From an uncultured Armatimonadetes bacterium (lineage in GTDB: Bacteria; Armatimonadota; UBA5829; DTJY01), in contig OY970325.1 of assembly GCA_963717145.1 (NCBI GenBank), positions 3,072,001-3,136,000 on the forward strand: DNA of 64,000 nucleotides. The letters are read 5' to 3'. Of the stretch, positions 9,131 to 19,442 are shown piece after piece. Within the stretch, counting starts at the first letter, position 1. Each line of letters opens with the position of its first letter. A program made the translations under genes and the position numbers. The notes beneath the pieces were generated by a model. The model was given only the letters and a program-made list of their open reading frames with translations. It did not search any database and was not told the DNA's origin.

Positions 9131-10231
9131 ATGACCTGCAGCCGCTGGTATACGGCAGGCGCTGTCGCCGCCATCGCTACGCTCATTGCGGTCCTGTACG
9201 CCGTCAGAAGCACTCTCCCACCGTTTCTGATAGCATTTGCGATCGCCTGGTTGCTCGACCCGGTGCTCGATCGGCTGCAGAAACGTGGAGTCAGCCGGAT
9301 AATCGCCGTCGTGGCGATCTACGGCTGCTTTCTCATCGTGTTCGTGATCGGCCTCTTCTATCTCGTTCCCGCCGTAAGCTATCAGGCCACGCAGCTCGGG
9401 GCCGACTACCCGAAGTACTCCGCTCGTTTCACGCAGTTTGCCGGCGAGACGTTCGAGAGACACCATGACACGCTCGTGCGCTTCAAACTCCCGACTACTC
9501 TGCGGGAGGCCTTCTCCAGATACGGCGACCAGGCGAACGTCCAGATCGGAGCCGGAGTCAACCTGGCGACGGGTTTCATCGCCGCGAACATCTCGAGGGC
9601 ACTCTGGATCATCCTCGTCCCGATCATCGCATTCTACTTCCTAATGGATATCGACCGCATGAGAAAGAAGGCGACGCTCCTGATCCCGGAGAGCGTCCGA
9701 CCGCGCGCGACGGAGGTCCTGTCGAGGGTCGGCACGGTGTTCAGCAGCTATGTACGCGGGCTCGTGATCGTCTGCCTGATGTATGGCATTGCGACGACGG
9801 TCGTTCTGGAGATCCTGCAGATGAAGTACGGCATCATCCTGGGGCTGCTGGCGGGGATACTCTATGCCGTCCCTTACCTCGGCGCTATCCTGACGATGCT
9901 GCTGGTCTTCCTGGTAGGGCTCGCGACCTATCCGCATGGGGTCAGCCAGGCGATCTGGCCCACGCTGGCGATGGTCGCCCTGAACCAGGGCTTCGATCTG
10001 GTGATCACTCCGAGGATACTTGGCAAGTCCGTCGGGCTGCATCCCGTGATGAGCCTGTTTGCACTGCTGGCGGGCGGGCAGTTGTTCGGGCTGGTGGGGA
10101 TGATCCTGGCGGTCCCGGTAGCGGCGAGCATCCAGGAGGTCGTCTTCGAGTTCTACCCGCAGCTCAAGTCCGACCCGAAGCCGGCCAAGACGAAGAAGAC
10201 CAAGCCAAAGAAACCGCCCGTGACTGAGTAG
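9131..10231 (+). CDS. AI-2E family transporter
   Basis: PFLIAFAIAWLLDP, FYFLMD, SSYVRG, VPYLG, PRILGKSVGLHP, GMILAVPVAA. Confidence 0.92.
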   Translation: MTCSRWYTAGAVAAIATLIAVLYAVRSTLPPFLIAFAIAWLLDPVLDRLQKRGVSRIIAVVAIYGCFLIVFVIGLFYLVPAVSYQATQLGADYPKYSARFTQFAGETFERHHDTLVRFKLPTTLREAFSRYGDQANVQIGAGVNLATGFIAANISRALWIILVPIIAFYFLMDIDRMRKKATLLIPESVRPRATEVLSRVGTVFSSYVRGLVIVCLMYGIATTVVLEILQMKYGIILGLLAGILYAVPYLGAILTMLLVFLVGLATYPHGVSQAIWPTLAMVALNQGFDLVITPRILGKSVGLHPVMSLFALLAGGQLFGLVGMILAVPVAASIQEVVFEFYPQLKSDPKPAKTKKTKPKKPPVTE

Positions 10232-10237
10232 GTTGAC

Positions 10238-10927
10238 CTATCTGTAGAGGACTTCGGCGAAGTTGATATGGTCCCACTCTCCCACCGGTTTCCCCTCATA
10301 CAGAAATCTAACACCATCAACCCAGTCACCCCGGTATTTCCTTTGAAGGAACGTGTACACTAGAGTGGTCTGCGTAAGTCCGCCGCCTATCGAGCCTTGG
10401 AAGTAGCTAGTCCGCCACATGGTTTGGCGAATGTCGTGGGATATCTCCTGCAAATCGATGGTGGCGATCCGCTTCCCTTTGACTGACTTGATCCCCACGA
10501 TATTGATCGGCAGTCCGGAAAACCTCTGCTTCGACAATCTGGACGCCAGAATCTTCAGCTTTTCGATCACGGCAAGGTTCTCCCGCACAGCAATGTAGTA
10601 GTCGGGGATCGGATTGTCCGGAGCTTCGTCGGTAGAGGTGTAGACCGTCAAGAGATCCAGCGGAATCTGACCGCCCTCTGGGTACTCGCGCAGGGTCCTT
10701 ACCTCATTCTCGAGTTCGCGAACCCGCTGCTCCATTGGAACTGCTTTTTCAGCATGCGCCATGTTGCTTGTGCCAAGCTCCCCTCGCAGCTCACTGAGAT
10801 CATAGCTCAGTGTTCCGATCTCGGCGGAGAGAGATCGCACTCTAGCGTGCTGCCATGCGTAGACTCCACCGCCGACGATGATCGCGGTCAGGACGGCGGC
10901 GATGATGATCTTGCTTCGGTAGTTCAT
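10238..10927 (-). CDS. Membrane-anchored hypothetical protein
   Basis: 229-aa ORF with N-terminal TM helix and coiled coil; GAGG RBS; convergent on AI-2E gene. Confidence 0.7.
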   Translation of the reverse strand: MNYRSKIIIAAVLTAIIVGGGVYAWQHARVRSLSAEIGTLSYDLSELRGELGTSNMAHAEKAVPMEQRVRELENEVRTLREYPEGGQIPLDLLTVYTSTDEAPDNPIPDYYIAVRENLAVIEKLKILASRLSKQRFSGLPINIVGIKSVKGKRIATIDLQEISHDIRQTMWRTSYFQGSIGGGLTQTTLVYTFLQRKYRGDWVDGVRFLYEGKPVGEWDHINFAEVLYR

Positions 10928-11042
10928 GGGCGCACCTCATGTGATGCCGATATGGAGCTTCCAAGCATGATTACGCCGGCAGGCACGGATTTGTTATGTG
11001 ATACCCATTCTTGAGTGCGAGTATGAGCGGGAGTAGGAGCGC

Positions 11043-12263
11043 TTACAGGTAGACCCGGGGGATGCGGCTCGAAGTGGTGGTCCGGCGGGCGGGGACGATG
11101 ACTTCGTCGCCGAGTTCGACTCCGGGGATGTCGGTCACATCGATGGTCGTCATCTGCATCGAGACGCGGCCGATGACCGGGGCCTTTTGACCTCGAATGG
11201 TGACGCAGGTCGCTCCGGGGACCATCAGCGTGCGGGCGAGCAGTCTCAGCGGGGATGCGGCGCGCCGGGCGACGCTCTCCGGGATCACAGTGAAGCCGTC
11301 GCAGTAGCCGATCGGGATCACGGCGGCTCTCGTCGCTCGTCCGGTGGTATACTCGCTCCCGTAGCCGACCTTCGAGCCCGCGGGGAGCGACCTCAGCGCC
11401 ACGATCCGCGTCTTCAGCCGCCAGGTATCCTCCAACTGGATCTTCCGCTCGGTGTGGGCGGTCGGGAACTGCCCGTACAGGATCGTCCCGGGGCGGACCA
11501 TGTCATAGTGGGAGTCCGGCATGTTGAGGATCGCCGAACTGTTCGCGGCGTGCCTCGATCCGGTCGGCAACCCGAGTTCGTCGAGTTGCGCGAGAAGCCG
11601 GGAGAACCGCGCGTTCTGCTCCCGAGCGCTCGACAGGTCCTTCGCACCGGCGTTGGCGAAGTGGGTATAGACGCCGGCGATTTCGATCCCCGACGCATGC
11701 ACCGCCAACGAGATGAAGTCCGGGCACTCGGACGGCATGAGTCCGAGCCGACCCATGCCGGTGTCGACCTTCACGTGGATGCGGGCGGTCTTCCCGACTC
11801 TCCCGGCGGCCTCCGAGATCAGTCGCAACGATTCGGATGAGCAGACCGTCTGATCGAGGTCGGCTTCGATAGCAGCTTCCATCTGATCGGGGAGAAGCGG
11901 GCTGAAGATCAGGGTTGGGGTCTCGATCCCTGCCTGACGAAGCTCGAGCGCCTCCTCGATAGTCGTCACGGCGAGATAGTCCGCGCCCGCTATCTGTGAG
12001 CCGGAGACCCTCACCCCCGACCCCTCTCCCTCAGAAGGGCGAGGGGAGTCCGCCTCCCCTCGCCCTTCTGAGGGAGAGGGGTCGGGGGTGAGGGTCTCCC
12101 AGCACGCCGTTGACAGGGCTCTTGCCGTCTCGACTGCGCCGTGCCCGTACGCATCGGCCTTCACGACGGCCATGACCTTGACCGCCGGCCCGACGAGCGC
12201 CCGGATCGCCTCCAGGTTGTGGACGACGCTCCTGAGATTCACCTCGACCCAATGTGTGTGCAT
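11043..12263 (-). CDS. alr: Alanine racemase carrying an in-frame palindromic insertion
   Basis: MAVVKADAYGHG (PLP Lys), HVKVDTGMGRLG, HAANS, MVRPG, PIGYCDG, GRVSMQ. Confidence 0.95.
   Translation of the reverse strand: MHTHWVEVNLRSVVHNLEAIRALVGPAVKVMAVVKADAYGHGAVETARALSTACWETLTPDPSPSEGRGEADSPRPSEGEGSGVRVSGSQIAGADYLAVTTIEEALELRQAGIETPTLIFSPLLPDQMEAAIEADLDQTVCSSESLRLISEAAGRVGKTARIHVKVDTGMGRLGLMPSECPDFISLAVHASGIEIAGVYTHFANAGAKDLSSAREQNARFSRLLAQLDELGLPTGSRHAANSSAILNMPDSHYDMVRPGTILYGQFPTAHTERKIQLEDTWRLKTRIVALRSLPAGSKVGYGSEYTTGRATRAAVIPIGYCDGFTVIPESVARRAASPLRLLARTLMVPGATCVTIRGQKAPVIGRVSMQMTTIDVTDIPGVELGDEVIVPARRTTTSSRIPRVYL
12003..12099. repeat. Perfect 46-bp inverted repeat inside alr
   Basis: GGAGACCCTCACCCCCGACCCCTCTCCCTCAGAAGGGCGAGGGGAG, 5-nt loop, exact complement; encodes ETLTPDPSPSEGRGEADSPRPSEGEGSGVRVS. 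Confidence 0.95.
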
Positions 12264-12269
12264 CGTGCA

Positions 12270-12358
12270 GAATGGTTGATGGTTCATGGTTGATGGTTAA
12301 TGGCGGAATGCCGGATGTCCCCCATTAACTATCAACCATGAACCATCAACCATTCCCC
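12270..12358. repeat. ATGGTTG-heptamer hairpin element, copy 2
   Basis: GAATGGTTGATGGTTCATGGTTGATGGTTAATGG...CCATTAACTATCAACCATGAACCATCAACCATTC fills the alr/peptidase spacer. Confidence 0.9.
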
Positions 12359-13309
12359 CTACCTCTTCCGCTGCTTATTTCGGGAGGCGAGAAGCCTCTG
12401 ATCCCGCACCTGCCTCCATTCGGCGATCCGGGTGACCAACTCGCCCTCGCGACCGGCCAGGTACTTCGCGATGGTCATCGTCCCTATAATGTGCAGGTTG
12501 ATCCGATAGTCGAGCTGATCGGATCGAGCGCCCGCCTGACGTGTCTCGAACAGGAAGGTCTTCGTGTCCGCGTGGATCGGGAAGTACCGATGTGCCAGCC
12601 TGGCGGGGCTGCTATCGTGAATCTGGTAGCTGCTGACCTCCATGTCATGGGTGTTCAGCATCCCGACAATCAGTCCCTGGATGTGAATCGATTCCTTCGC
12701 GACTTCCTGGGGCGCTCCACATAAAGGCCCGGCGCACTGCAGGTAATCTGTGCCTCGGTTGCCCGGGCTCAACTCGTGCTCGTCGATGACCACTTCCGGA
12801 TCGAACCGGTCGATCGCGGCCCGGACCGCCTTGATCTCGGGCTGGCTCAAGGTGAGCCAGTCGCGGTTCAGGTCCGCTCCCCTCGCGTTTCGTCGCGTAG
12901 AGCGTTCCGCGCCATCCGGGTTTGTCATCGGAACGATGAAGAATGAAACCCTGTTCAGCAGATCGGCGTCGTCCTCGCTCGCGCTGAGGACGAGGTCGGT
13001 GATCAGTTTGAGCATCGCCTCGGTGCTCGCGGGCTCATCTCCGTGCTGCCGGCAGATGACGAATACGCGGCGGGTATCCGCCGTCGCGACGTCCCGGTTG
13101 GCGAGGATGACGAGCGGGATCTCCCTCCCCTGCACGGACTTGCCGATCGATATGACGCACATCCGCCCGTTCCCGATGGCGTTGTCGGCCAACTCCAGGG
13201 ACGCGAGGTTCGACATCATCTGCTTGTGAGACGTGAGGCCGGGCACCGCTGAGCAGGCGCTCGCGATCAGGACGGCCAGCAGGATACAGGCCGGTACTAC
13301 TCTTCGCAC
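12359..13309 (-). CDS. Secreted M14 zinc carboxypeptidase
   Basis: IGKSVQGR, QHGDEPAS, NPDG, RRNARGADLNRD, IDEHE; signal peptide. Confidence 0.88.
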   Translation of the reverse strand: MRRVVPACILLAVLIASACSAVPGLTSHKQMMSNLASLELADNAIGNGRMCVISIGKSVQGREIPLVILANRDVATADTRRVFVICRQHGDEPASTEAMLKLITDLVLSASEDDADLLNRVSFFIVPMTNPDGAERSTRRNARGADLNRDWLTLSQPEIKAVRAAIDRFDPEVVIDEHELSPGNRGTDYLQCAGPLCGAPQEVAKESIHIQGLIVGMLNTHDMEVSSYQIHDSSPARLAHRYFPIHADTKTFLFETRQAGARSDQLDYRINLHIIGTMTIAKYLAGREGELVTRIAEWRQVRDQRLLASRNKQRKR

Positions 13310-13346
13310 TTCTTACTCCTTAATTACTACTACAGTCACGTGTCTC

Positions 13347-13436
13347 CGATGCTGCCGGAATGCTCTTCTTTCCGGCAGCAGAGTCCTCGTATATACATCC
13401 TCTGCTGCCGGAAAGAAGAGCATTCCGGCAGCATCG
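13347..13436. repeat. Palindromic doublet (37-bp inverted repeat)
   Basis: CGATGCTGCCGGAATGCTCTTCTTTCCGGCAGCAGAG and its exact complement; each arm is itself a hairpin. Confidence 0.9.
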
Positions 13437-13478
13437 CAGAGCAGAAGGCGCCCGTGAGGACACGGGCGCTCCCTGTGT

Positions 13479-14558
13479 CTACATGTCGGCGGACACTTGG
13501 ACCTTCGACCTTCGCTTCATGAGCGCCGTGACCCGCGGCTTGGCGGTCACCCATAGCCAGTACCAGGGCTTCGAGTACGGCAGGTCGAACTCGCCGATGA
13601 ACTCGACGAACTGAGCGCCGAACCCCTCCTTGAACCTGTTCAGGCCCTGCAGGTGATCGTCCGGGTCGGACTCCCGCTGAGGTGAGACGCCCCGAAAGTC
13701 ATAGACGACGCAGCCGGCTTCCTTCGCCCACTCGATCATCCTCCACTGCATCAGGTGGTTCGGCATGACGTTCCGGTGCTGGTTGCTCGATGCGCCGTAG
13801 GTGTACCAGCACTTGTCGCCGAAGATGAATGAGAGCGCCCCCGCGATCGCCTGCCCCTCGAACTCCGCGAGGAAGAGCTTTGCGTATCCCGGCTCGACGA
13901 GGTGAGTCCACATCTGCTCGTAGTACGTGTAGCCGCGGACGAGGAAGCGGTCGCGCTGGGCGGTTTCCTTGAGGATGGCATAGAAGGATTTGAGGTCGTC
14001 GCGCGCGCAGTCGGACCGGACGGTGACGCCCTTCTTCTCGGCGAGGCGGATGTTGTAGCGCCACTTCGGCTTGCACCCGGCCATCAGCTCGTCCATCGTG
14101 GGTCGGAGGTCGAGTTGCATCACGCATCGGGGTTGAATGCCGCCGAAGCCGTCCTCGTCGGCGATCTTCCTGAAGCCCATCTGATCGAACGGTGGCATCG
14201 GCTCCTCGATCCTTACGGCGGGATCGACTTTGAGGAGAATCGCTCCTTCGAGGGATGCTCGTTCGCGAACCGCATCGAAGAGGGCCGAGAGCACTTCTGG
14301 GGAGGTGAAGTCAGACACAGGGCCCCGTGGGGCGTAGAAGATACACTTGTTCGTCCGGGGAATCCGACGCTTGAGGATCGAGACCGCGCCGACGATCTCG
14401 CCGCCGTCCTCGACCGCGAGTCGGATCGGCTGCCACCCGCCGCTTGCCTGCTTGAGATCGCCCCACTCGAAGGATTGAAGGAGGTCGCCGGTCGGGTGCC
14501 GGGCGACGAACTCGTTCCAGCGCTTCCTTTCGCTTTCGGGGATCTCTCGTACCTGCAT
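13479..14558 (-). CDS. FemABX-family peptidoglycan bridge aminoacyltransferase (FemX-like)
   Basis: LLQSFEWG, YAPRGPV, KWRYNIRLAEKKGV, YTYGASS, MPNHLMQW, YDFRG, GLNRFKEGFG, EFIGEFD. Confidence 0.92.
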   Translation of the reverse strand: MQVREIPESERKRWNEFVARHPTGDLLQSFEWGDLKQASGGWQPIRLAVEDGGEIVGAVSILKRRIPRTNKCIFYAPRGPVSDFTSPEVLSALFDAVRERASLEGAILLKVDPAVRIEEPMPPFDQMGFRKIADEDGFGGIQPRCVMQLDLRPTMDELMAGCKPKWRYNIRLAEKKGVTVRSDCARDDLKSFYAILKETAQRDRFLVRGYTYYEQMWTHLVEPGYAKLFLAEFEGQAIAGALSFIFGDKCWYTYGASSNQHRNVMPNHLMQWRMIEWAKEAGCVVYDFRGVSPQRESDPDDHLQGLNRFKEGFGAQFVEFIGEFDLPYSKPWYWLWVTAKPRVTALMKRRSKVQVSADM

Positions 14559-14631
14559 CAGACCTGCCTTTGCCAGTCACGGCGATCGGTCGTCATTCTA
14601 GCACAGAGCCCCCACGGTGTCAAAGCCCGGA

Positions 14632-14692
14632 GGGAATGGTTGATGGTTCATGGGAGCCCGCGAGCCATTGGGCATCAACCATCAACCATTCC
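14632..14692. repeat. ATGGTTG-heptamer hairpin element, copy 3
   Basis: GGGAATGGTTGATGGTTCATGG...CATCAACCATCAACCATTCC. Confidence 0.85.
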
Positions 14693-14874
14693 ACCAGGGC
14701 CTGTCAGGAATACCTGAAGAATCCTGGTAGAAATGCCGAGAATTCAATTGCGGCATTATGTGTGTCGCATCGTTTTCGTCGTCAAGTTTGGGCTTGTCGC
14801 TTGTGGTCCATTCGGAGGCCACCCCGAATGGACCGTCAGAGCAAGCCCATCATTAGCACAGGAGGGGAAGAAGC

Positions 14875-17150
14875 TTGAAGAAGGGCAGATTGGTCCGCAT
14901 CGTCGTGCCGATCGCGTTTGCATTGCTCATGGTGATCGCGATAGGCATGCCTGTTCATGCAGGCACCACCGGTATCATCTCCGGTACGGTGACCGACTCG
15001 GCGACCGGCGAGAAGCTGGCGGGAGTCAACGTTATTGTCGAGGGCACGACCCTCACCACGGTAACCAACGCAGAGGGTTACTACGTCATCACAAACGTCC
15101 CCGTGGGCGACTACACCGTCACCACCAGCCTGGTCGGTTACTCGGACGCCCTGGTGGAGAAGGTCTCCGTCCTTATGGACGTGACGTCCGCGGCCGATTT
15201 CCCGATGGAGACGGCTGTTGCTGCGGAGGAGCAGGTCATCGTGACCGGCAGCCGGCCGATGATCCAGCCAGACGTCGTGCCGACGATGCACGTGGTCACC
15301 TCCGAGCAGGAGAAGAACATCCTCGGACAGCCCGCAAACCGCTACCAGGCGCCGTCGATCGTCCTCACTCAGCCGGGTGTTGTCGCCGATGCGGATGGGT
15401 TCCCGCACATCCGAGGCGGCCGCGTGAACCAGATCGCCTACCTGCTCGACGGCATTCCGATCACCGAGCCGGTAACTAACGGATTCGGCACGAACCTGAT
15501 GACCATCGGCATGGACAAGATGGAAGTCTTCACCGGCGGCTACAGGCCGGAGTACGGCAATGCCATCAGCGGCGTCTTCAACCAGGTCATCAAATCGGGG
15601 CGCACATCCCCCGGCTCTCAACTCGAGATGACCGGCGGATCCAGCGCCTATTCGCTCATCTTCCCTGAGATCGGCGGTTACACCGATAACGGACTCGACT
15701 ACTACGTCGGCGCTTACATTCAGAAGAGCGACCTCGAGGACATGTACTTCACAACCTCCGACAATATGGACTCGGTCGGGAAGTTCTCGTATGCGCTCAG
15801 CCCGAAGGACACCCTGACCCTTCTGACTGCGAGCGGTGACGGCGTGTACGGCTTCGAGTCGACCCACACCATGACTTACGGCAAGGACGGTCTGGTGGAT
15901 ATACCTCAGCAGCAGGATCATCAGCATCAGAGCTATCTGCTGAGCGCGTTCACGTACAACCACACGATCAATTCATCCTCATTCTTCACCGTCCGGCCCT
16001 ACTACTTCCGGAACAGGTGGATGATCGATGCGATTTCGGACGACATCGGCTACTGGTGGGATGCTGAGTCCGCGACGACCGGCCTTCTCTTCGACTACAC
16101 GAACCAGTTGAGCGACAAGCACCTGGTCAAAATGGGCGGCCAGTGGATGAACAGCAGCAACAGGTACTGGGCGATTGTCCCGGCATACGGTGACTATGAG
16201 TACACCGCCGACACGGATACGCTGCAGACGGCGTTCTTCATCCAGGACCAGATGAAACTCACTTCGAAACTCGGACTCGAGGCCGGCCTGCGATACGACC
16301 AGATGAAGTATGACAGGGTCATCAATCAGGACACCAGCGAGTCACAGGTCAGCCCGAGACTCGGACTCACCTATGCCGCAGACGAGAAGACGAACTGGCG
16401 GTTCTCCTGGGGCAGGATGATCCAGTTCGTGTACACCCAGGCGATCGAGCGGAACTACGTCAACCCGGACTGGTACGACTGGATGGGTCTCGGCAATGCT
16501 GATGTCCGACCGGAGCGCGCGACTCAGTGGGACATCGGCTGGGAGCGACAGGTCGGCGAGGACGCGGCGCTCAGCGTGACGCCGTTCTATCGGAAGTTCA
16601 ACGACATGCTTCAGGTCCGCTCGCTCGATCCCAGCGACCCGAACGGCTATCCGCAGACGTTCCAGAACCTGGGCGAGGGAGTCAGCAGGGGCATCGAGTT
16701 CCAGATTCGCAAACGGCCGAGCAACAACTGGTCCGGATGGCTGTCATACACGCTGTCCAGCGCGAAGGCACAGGCCAGCAACGACCGCCAGGCGATCACC
16801 TCAACCGCGTCGAACTACGTGGACTGGGATCAGCGCCACACGGTCGTCGGCGTGTTGAACCTGATGCGCGGCCCGTGGATGTACAGCTTCATGGGCGAGT
16901 ATGGCAGCGGTCTTCCGTATACCCTCACGGCGGACACCACGCCTAACACCAATCGTGTCAGCTCGCACATGCTCTTCAACGTGAACGTGAGTCGCGAGGT
17001 CAAGGGCGGATGGCTCCTCAGGGCACCATGAGCCTGAGCATCGCGAACCTGTTCAACTCTCACTCGGTCCTCAGCAGAGACGGCGATGGGGAACCTCTGG
17101 TCCGGGTGCAGCCGAGGTTCCTCTCGCTGTCCTTCGCGAGACCGTTCTAG
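14875..17150 (+). CDS. TonB-dependent receptor with N-terminal carboxypeptidase-regulatory-like domain; frameshift near 17015
   Basis: Signal peptide, GTVTDSATGEKLAGVNV, HIRGG, YLLDGIPI, GGYRPEYGNAISGVFN, SPRLG; shifted frame continues PQGTMSLSIANLFN...PRFLSLSFARPF*, restoring a C-terminal Phe. Confidence 0.88.
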
Positions 17151-17171
17151 TACCTGCGCTTCTCTCCTCCG

Positions 17172-17210
17172 AAGAAGCCCCGGGAGCACTTTCCCGGGGC
17201 TTCTTTGTTT
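17172..17210 (+). terminator. Rho-independent terminator
   Basis: AAGAAGCCCCGGGA-loop-TCCCGGGGCTTCTT followed by TGTTT. Confidence 0.85.
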
Positions 17211-17361
17211 GCCCCCCTGCGAAGGTCAGGCGAGACCCCGAGTCGAACACTCCTTGGTGTGAACACTTTGCGTGGGGACCATGCCTGCTCGTTGCTCATT
17301 GTGGCTTTGATCTTGCCTCGAATTAGTGGGCACCGGATAATAAGAGATGAGGTGACCCAAG

Positions 17362-17643
17362 ATGAAGAGGCAGTATTCAGAAAGCTTCAAGGCGGAGGCG
17401 GTGAAGTTGGCCTTTTCCGGCAGGGCGAGCAAAGCTCGGATCGCAAAGGAACTGGGAGTCAACATCAACAGCCTGGACGCCTGGATCAGGAAGTACAAGG
17501 AGAGCCTGGGAGAGATCGATCCCAGGAAGAGAGAGTCCCTTGAGGACGAAGTGAAGCGTCTCCGCAAGGAGAACGATCTCCTCCGAGAGGAGAGAGACAT
17601 ATTAAAAAAAGCGGCGGCGTACTTTGCGAGGGAGCAGCAGTGA
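17362..17643 (+). CDS. IS3 OrfA (HTH)
   Basis: YSESFKAEAV...IAKELGV...LREERDILKKAAAYFA. Confidence 0.95.
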   Translation: MKRQYSESFKAEAVKLAFSGRASKARIAKELGVNINSLDAWIRKYKESLGEIDPRKRESLEDEVKRLRKENDLLREERDILKKAAAYFAREQQ

Positions 17644-18509
17644 AGTACGCCTTCATCGCTGCTCAAGACGGCCGCTTCAGGATCGGGACGATCTGCGGGG
17701 TGCTCGGTGTGAGCCGGAGCGGCTACTACGCGTGGCAGGGGCGTCCCGAAAGCGATCGCGCCAGGAAGAACGAGAAGCTGCTCACACGGATCAGGGAGGT
17801 CCACGCCGAGAGCAGAGACACCTACGGTAGCCCGAGGGTTCACATACGGCTTCGGCAGGCGGGTGAGACCTGCAGCAGAGGCCGTGTGGCCAGGCTCATG
17901 ACAGCAAACGGAATCCGCGCAAGACAGAAACGGAAGTTCCGTGTTACGACTAACTCCAGGCACAACCAGCCTGTGGCGGCGAATCTGCTCAAGAGAAACT
18001 TCGAGGTAGCCAGACCGAACAGTGTCTGGGTAAGCGACATAACGTATGTGCATACCCGTGAGGGTTGGCTCTATCTTTCGGCGGTGATGGATCTTTACTC
18101 GCGCCAGATAGTGGGCTGGTCGATGAAAGAGACGCTTGGGAGTGTGCTCGCAAGTGAGGCGCTCAGGATGGCATACAAGAACAGAAGACCGGTCGGCGAA
18201 GTCATCCATCATTCGGATCGAGGGTGTCAGTACGCGAGCGGCGAATTTCGTAGGCTTCTCGAAGCCTACGAAATTCGAGCCAGCATGAGCGGCGCCGGGA
18301 ACTGCTATGACAACGCCCCGATGGAGAGCTTCTTTGCGACGCTTAAGGCCGAGCTGATACATCATCGAACATACTCCTCACGAGAGGAAGCGAGATCTGA
18401 TATCTTCGAGTACATCGAAGTGTTCTACAATCGGCAGCGACTCCACTCGAGCCTCGGCTATCGGAGTCCCGCCGACTTCGAGGCGGCCGCTCTCGAACGA
18501 GCGGCCTAG
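17640..18509 (+). CDS. IS3 OrfB (DDE integrase core)
   Basis: YGSPR, WVSDITY, DLYSRQIVGW, HHSDRGCQY, GNCYDNAPMESFF, YNRQRLHSSLGY. Confidence 0.96.
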   Translation: MKYAFIAAQDGRFRIGTICGVLGVSRSGYYAWQGRPESDRARKNEKLLTRIREVHAESRDTYGSPRVHIRLRQAGETCSRGRVARLMTANGIRARQKRKFRVTTNSRHNQPVAANLLKRNFEVARPNSVWVSDITYVHTREGWLYLSAVMDLYSRQIVGWSMKETLGSVLASEALRMAYKNRRPVGEVIHHSDRGCQYASGEFRRLLEAYEIRASMSGAGNCYDNAPMESFFATLKAELIHHRTYSSREEARSDIFEYIEVFYNRQRLHSSLGYRSPADFEAAALERAA

Positions 18510-18546
18510 GTGATCTGTCCACGAAAACGGGGCAGGATCACTTATC

Positions 18547-18580
18547 GAGTATGAGTATGAGTAGGAGTAGGAGTATGAGT
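18547..18580. repeat. GAGTAT/GAGTAG hexamer tandem repeat
   Basis: gagtat gagtat gagtag gagtag gagtat gagt; similar runs at 5377 and 11012. Confidence 0.8.
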
Positions 18581-18585
18581 TCGTA

Positions 18586-19356
18586 ATGCACCTTGAGCTT
18601 TGGCAATGGGCGATGGGAGCCGGGGCGGCTCTGCTTGTGGGGATATCGAAGACCGGCATCCCCGGCGTGGGCATCCTCGTGGTGCCGCTGCTCGCCAGCA
18701 CATTCGGCGGGCGGCCGTCGATCGGCATCATGCTCCCGATGCTCATCATGGGCGACATCTTCGCCGCCACCTGGTACAGACGCCACGTACAGTGGAATAC
18801 GCTGATCGGCCTGCTCCCGTGGGTTGTCGTCGGGCTCGCGATCGGGACGGTCACCCTTCAGTGGACCGCTAAGCTGCCCGTCTCGAAAGACGTGATCGGG
18901 CAGATGATGGGCGCCCTCGTGCTGGTCATGATCGCGGTCTACTTCCTCCAGAAATTCCTTGGCGATAAGCTGACCCCGAAGTCGAAGATCGGTATGGCAG
19001 GCACAGGCATCTCAGCCGGTTTCTCGACGATGGTGTCGAACGCCGCCGGACCGATCATGCAGATCTACCTCGCCGCTCACAGGCTCCCGAAGCAGCAGTT
19101 CATGGGCACGATCGCCTGGTACTTCTTCACCATCAACCTGAGCAAGCTGCCGGTGTACATCGTGCTCAGCGTGATGAATCCCGGCAACCCGATCGTGACC
19201 AAGTCCTCGGGGCTGTTCAACCTGATGATGTTCCCGGTGATCGTGGTCGGGGTGTATATCGGCAAATGGCTGCTCCCCCGGATGTCACAGAAGCAGTTCG
19301 ACGTGGCGGTCTTCGTCCTAGCGGCGGCGGGCGCGATCAAGCTGCTGATCGGGTAG
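18586..19356 (+). CDS. Sulfite exporter TauE/SafE family membrane protein
   Basis: GISKTGIPG, LPMLIMGD, SNAAGP, GTIAWYFFTINLSKLP; multiple TM helices. Confidence 0.88.
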   Translation: MHLELWQWAMGAGAALLVGISKTGIPGVGILVVPLLASTFGGRPSIGIMLPMLIMGDIFAATWYRRHVQWNTLIGLLPWVVVGLAIGTVTLQWTAKLPVSKDVIGQMMGALVLVMIAVYFLQKFLGDKLTPKSKIGMAGTGISAGFSTMVSNAAGPIMQIYLAAHRLPKQQFMGTIAWYFFTINLSKLPVYIVLSVMNPGNPIVTKSSGLFNLMMFPVIVVGVYIGKWLLPRMSQKQFDVAVFVLAAAGAIKLLIG

Positions 19357-19442
19357 CCGGAAAGAAGTGGTCTGTGAAACCGAAGATTCCCCCGCCTCAC
19401 CGCGTCTAACATATCGGGCAATCTGCCACCTCGAGGGATCAG

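Larger units (their letters stand above)
17308..18540 (+). mobile_element. IS3-family insertion sequence, complete copy (1233 bp)
   Basis: TG...CA ends, imperfect IR TGATCTTGCCTCG / CGGGGCAGGATCA, 3-bp CTT target duplication, orfA/orfB with AAAAAAAG slippery site at 17604-17611. Confidence 0.97.

Noticed and set aside
17226-18365. 379-aa minus-strand ORF (and its copy at 62933..63994) as a real gene
   Set aside because: Antisense shadow of the IS3 transposase with no independent motifs.
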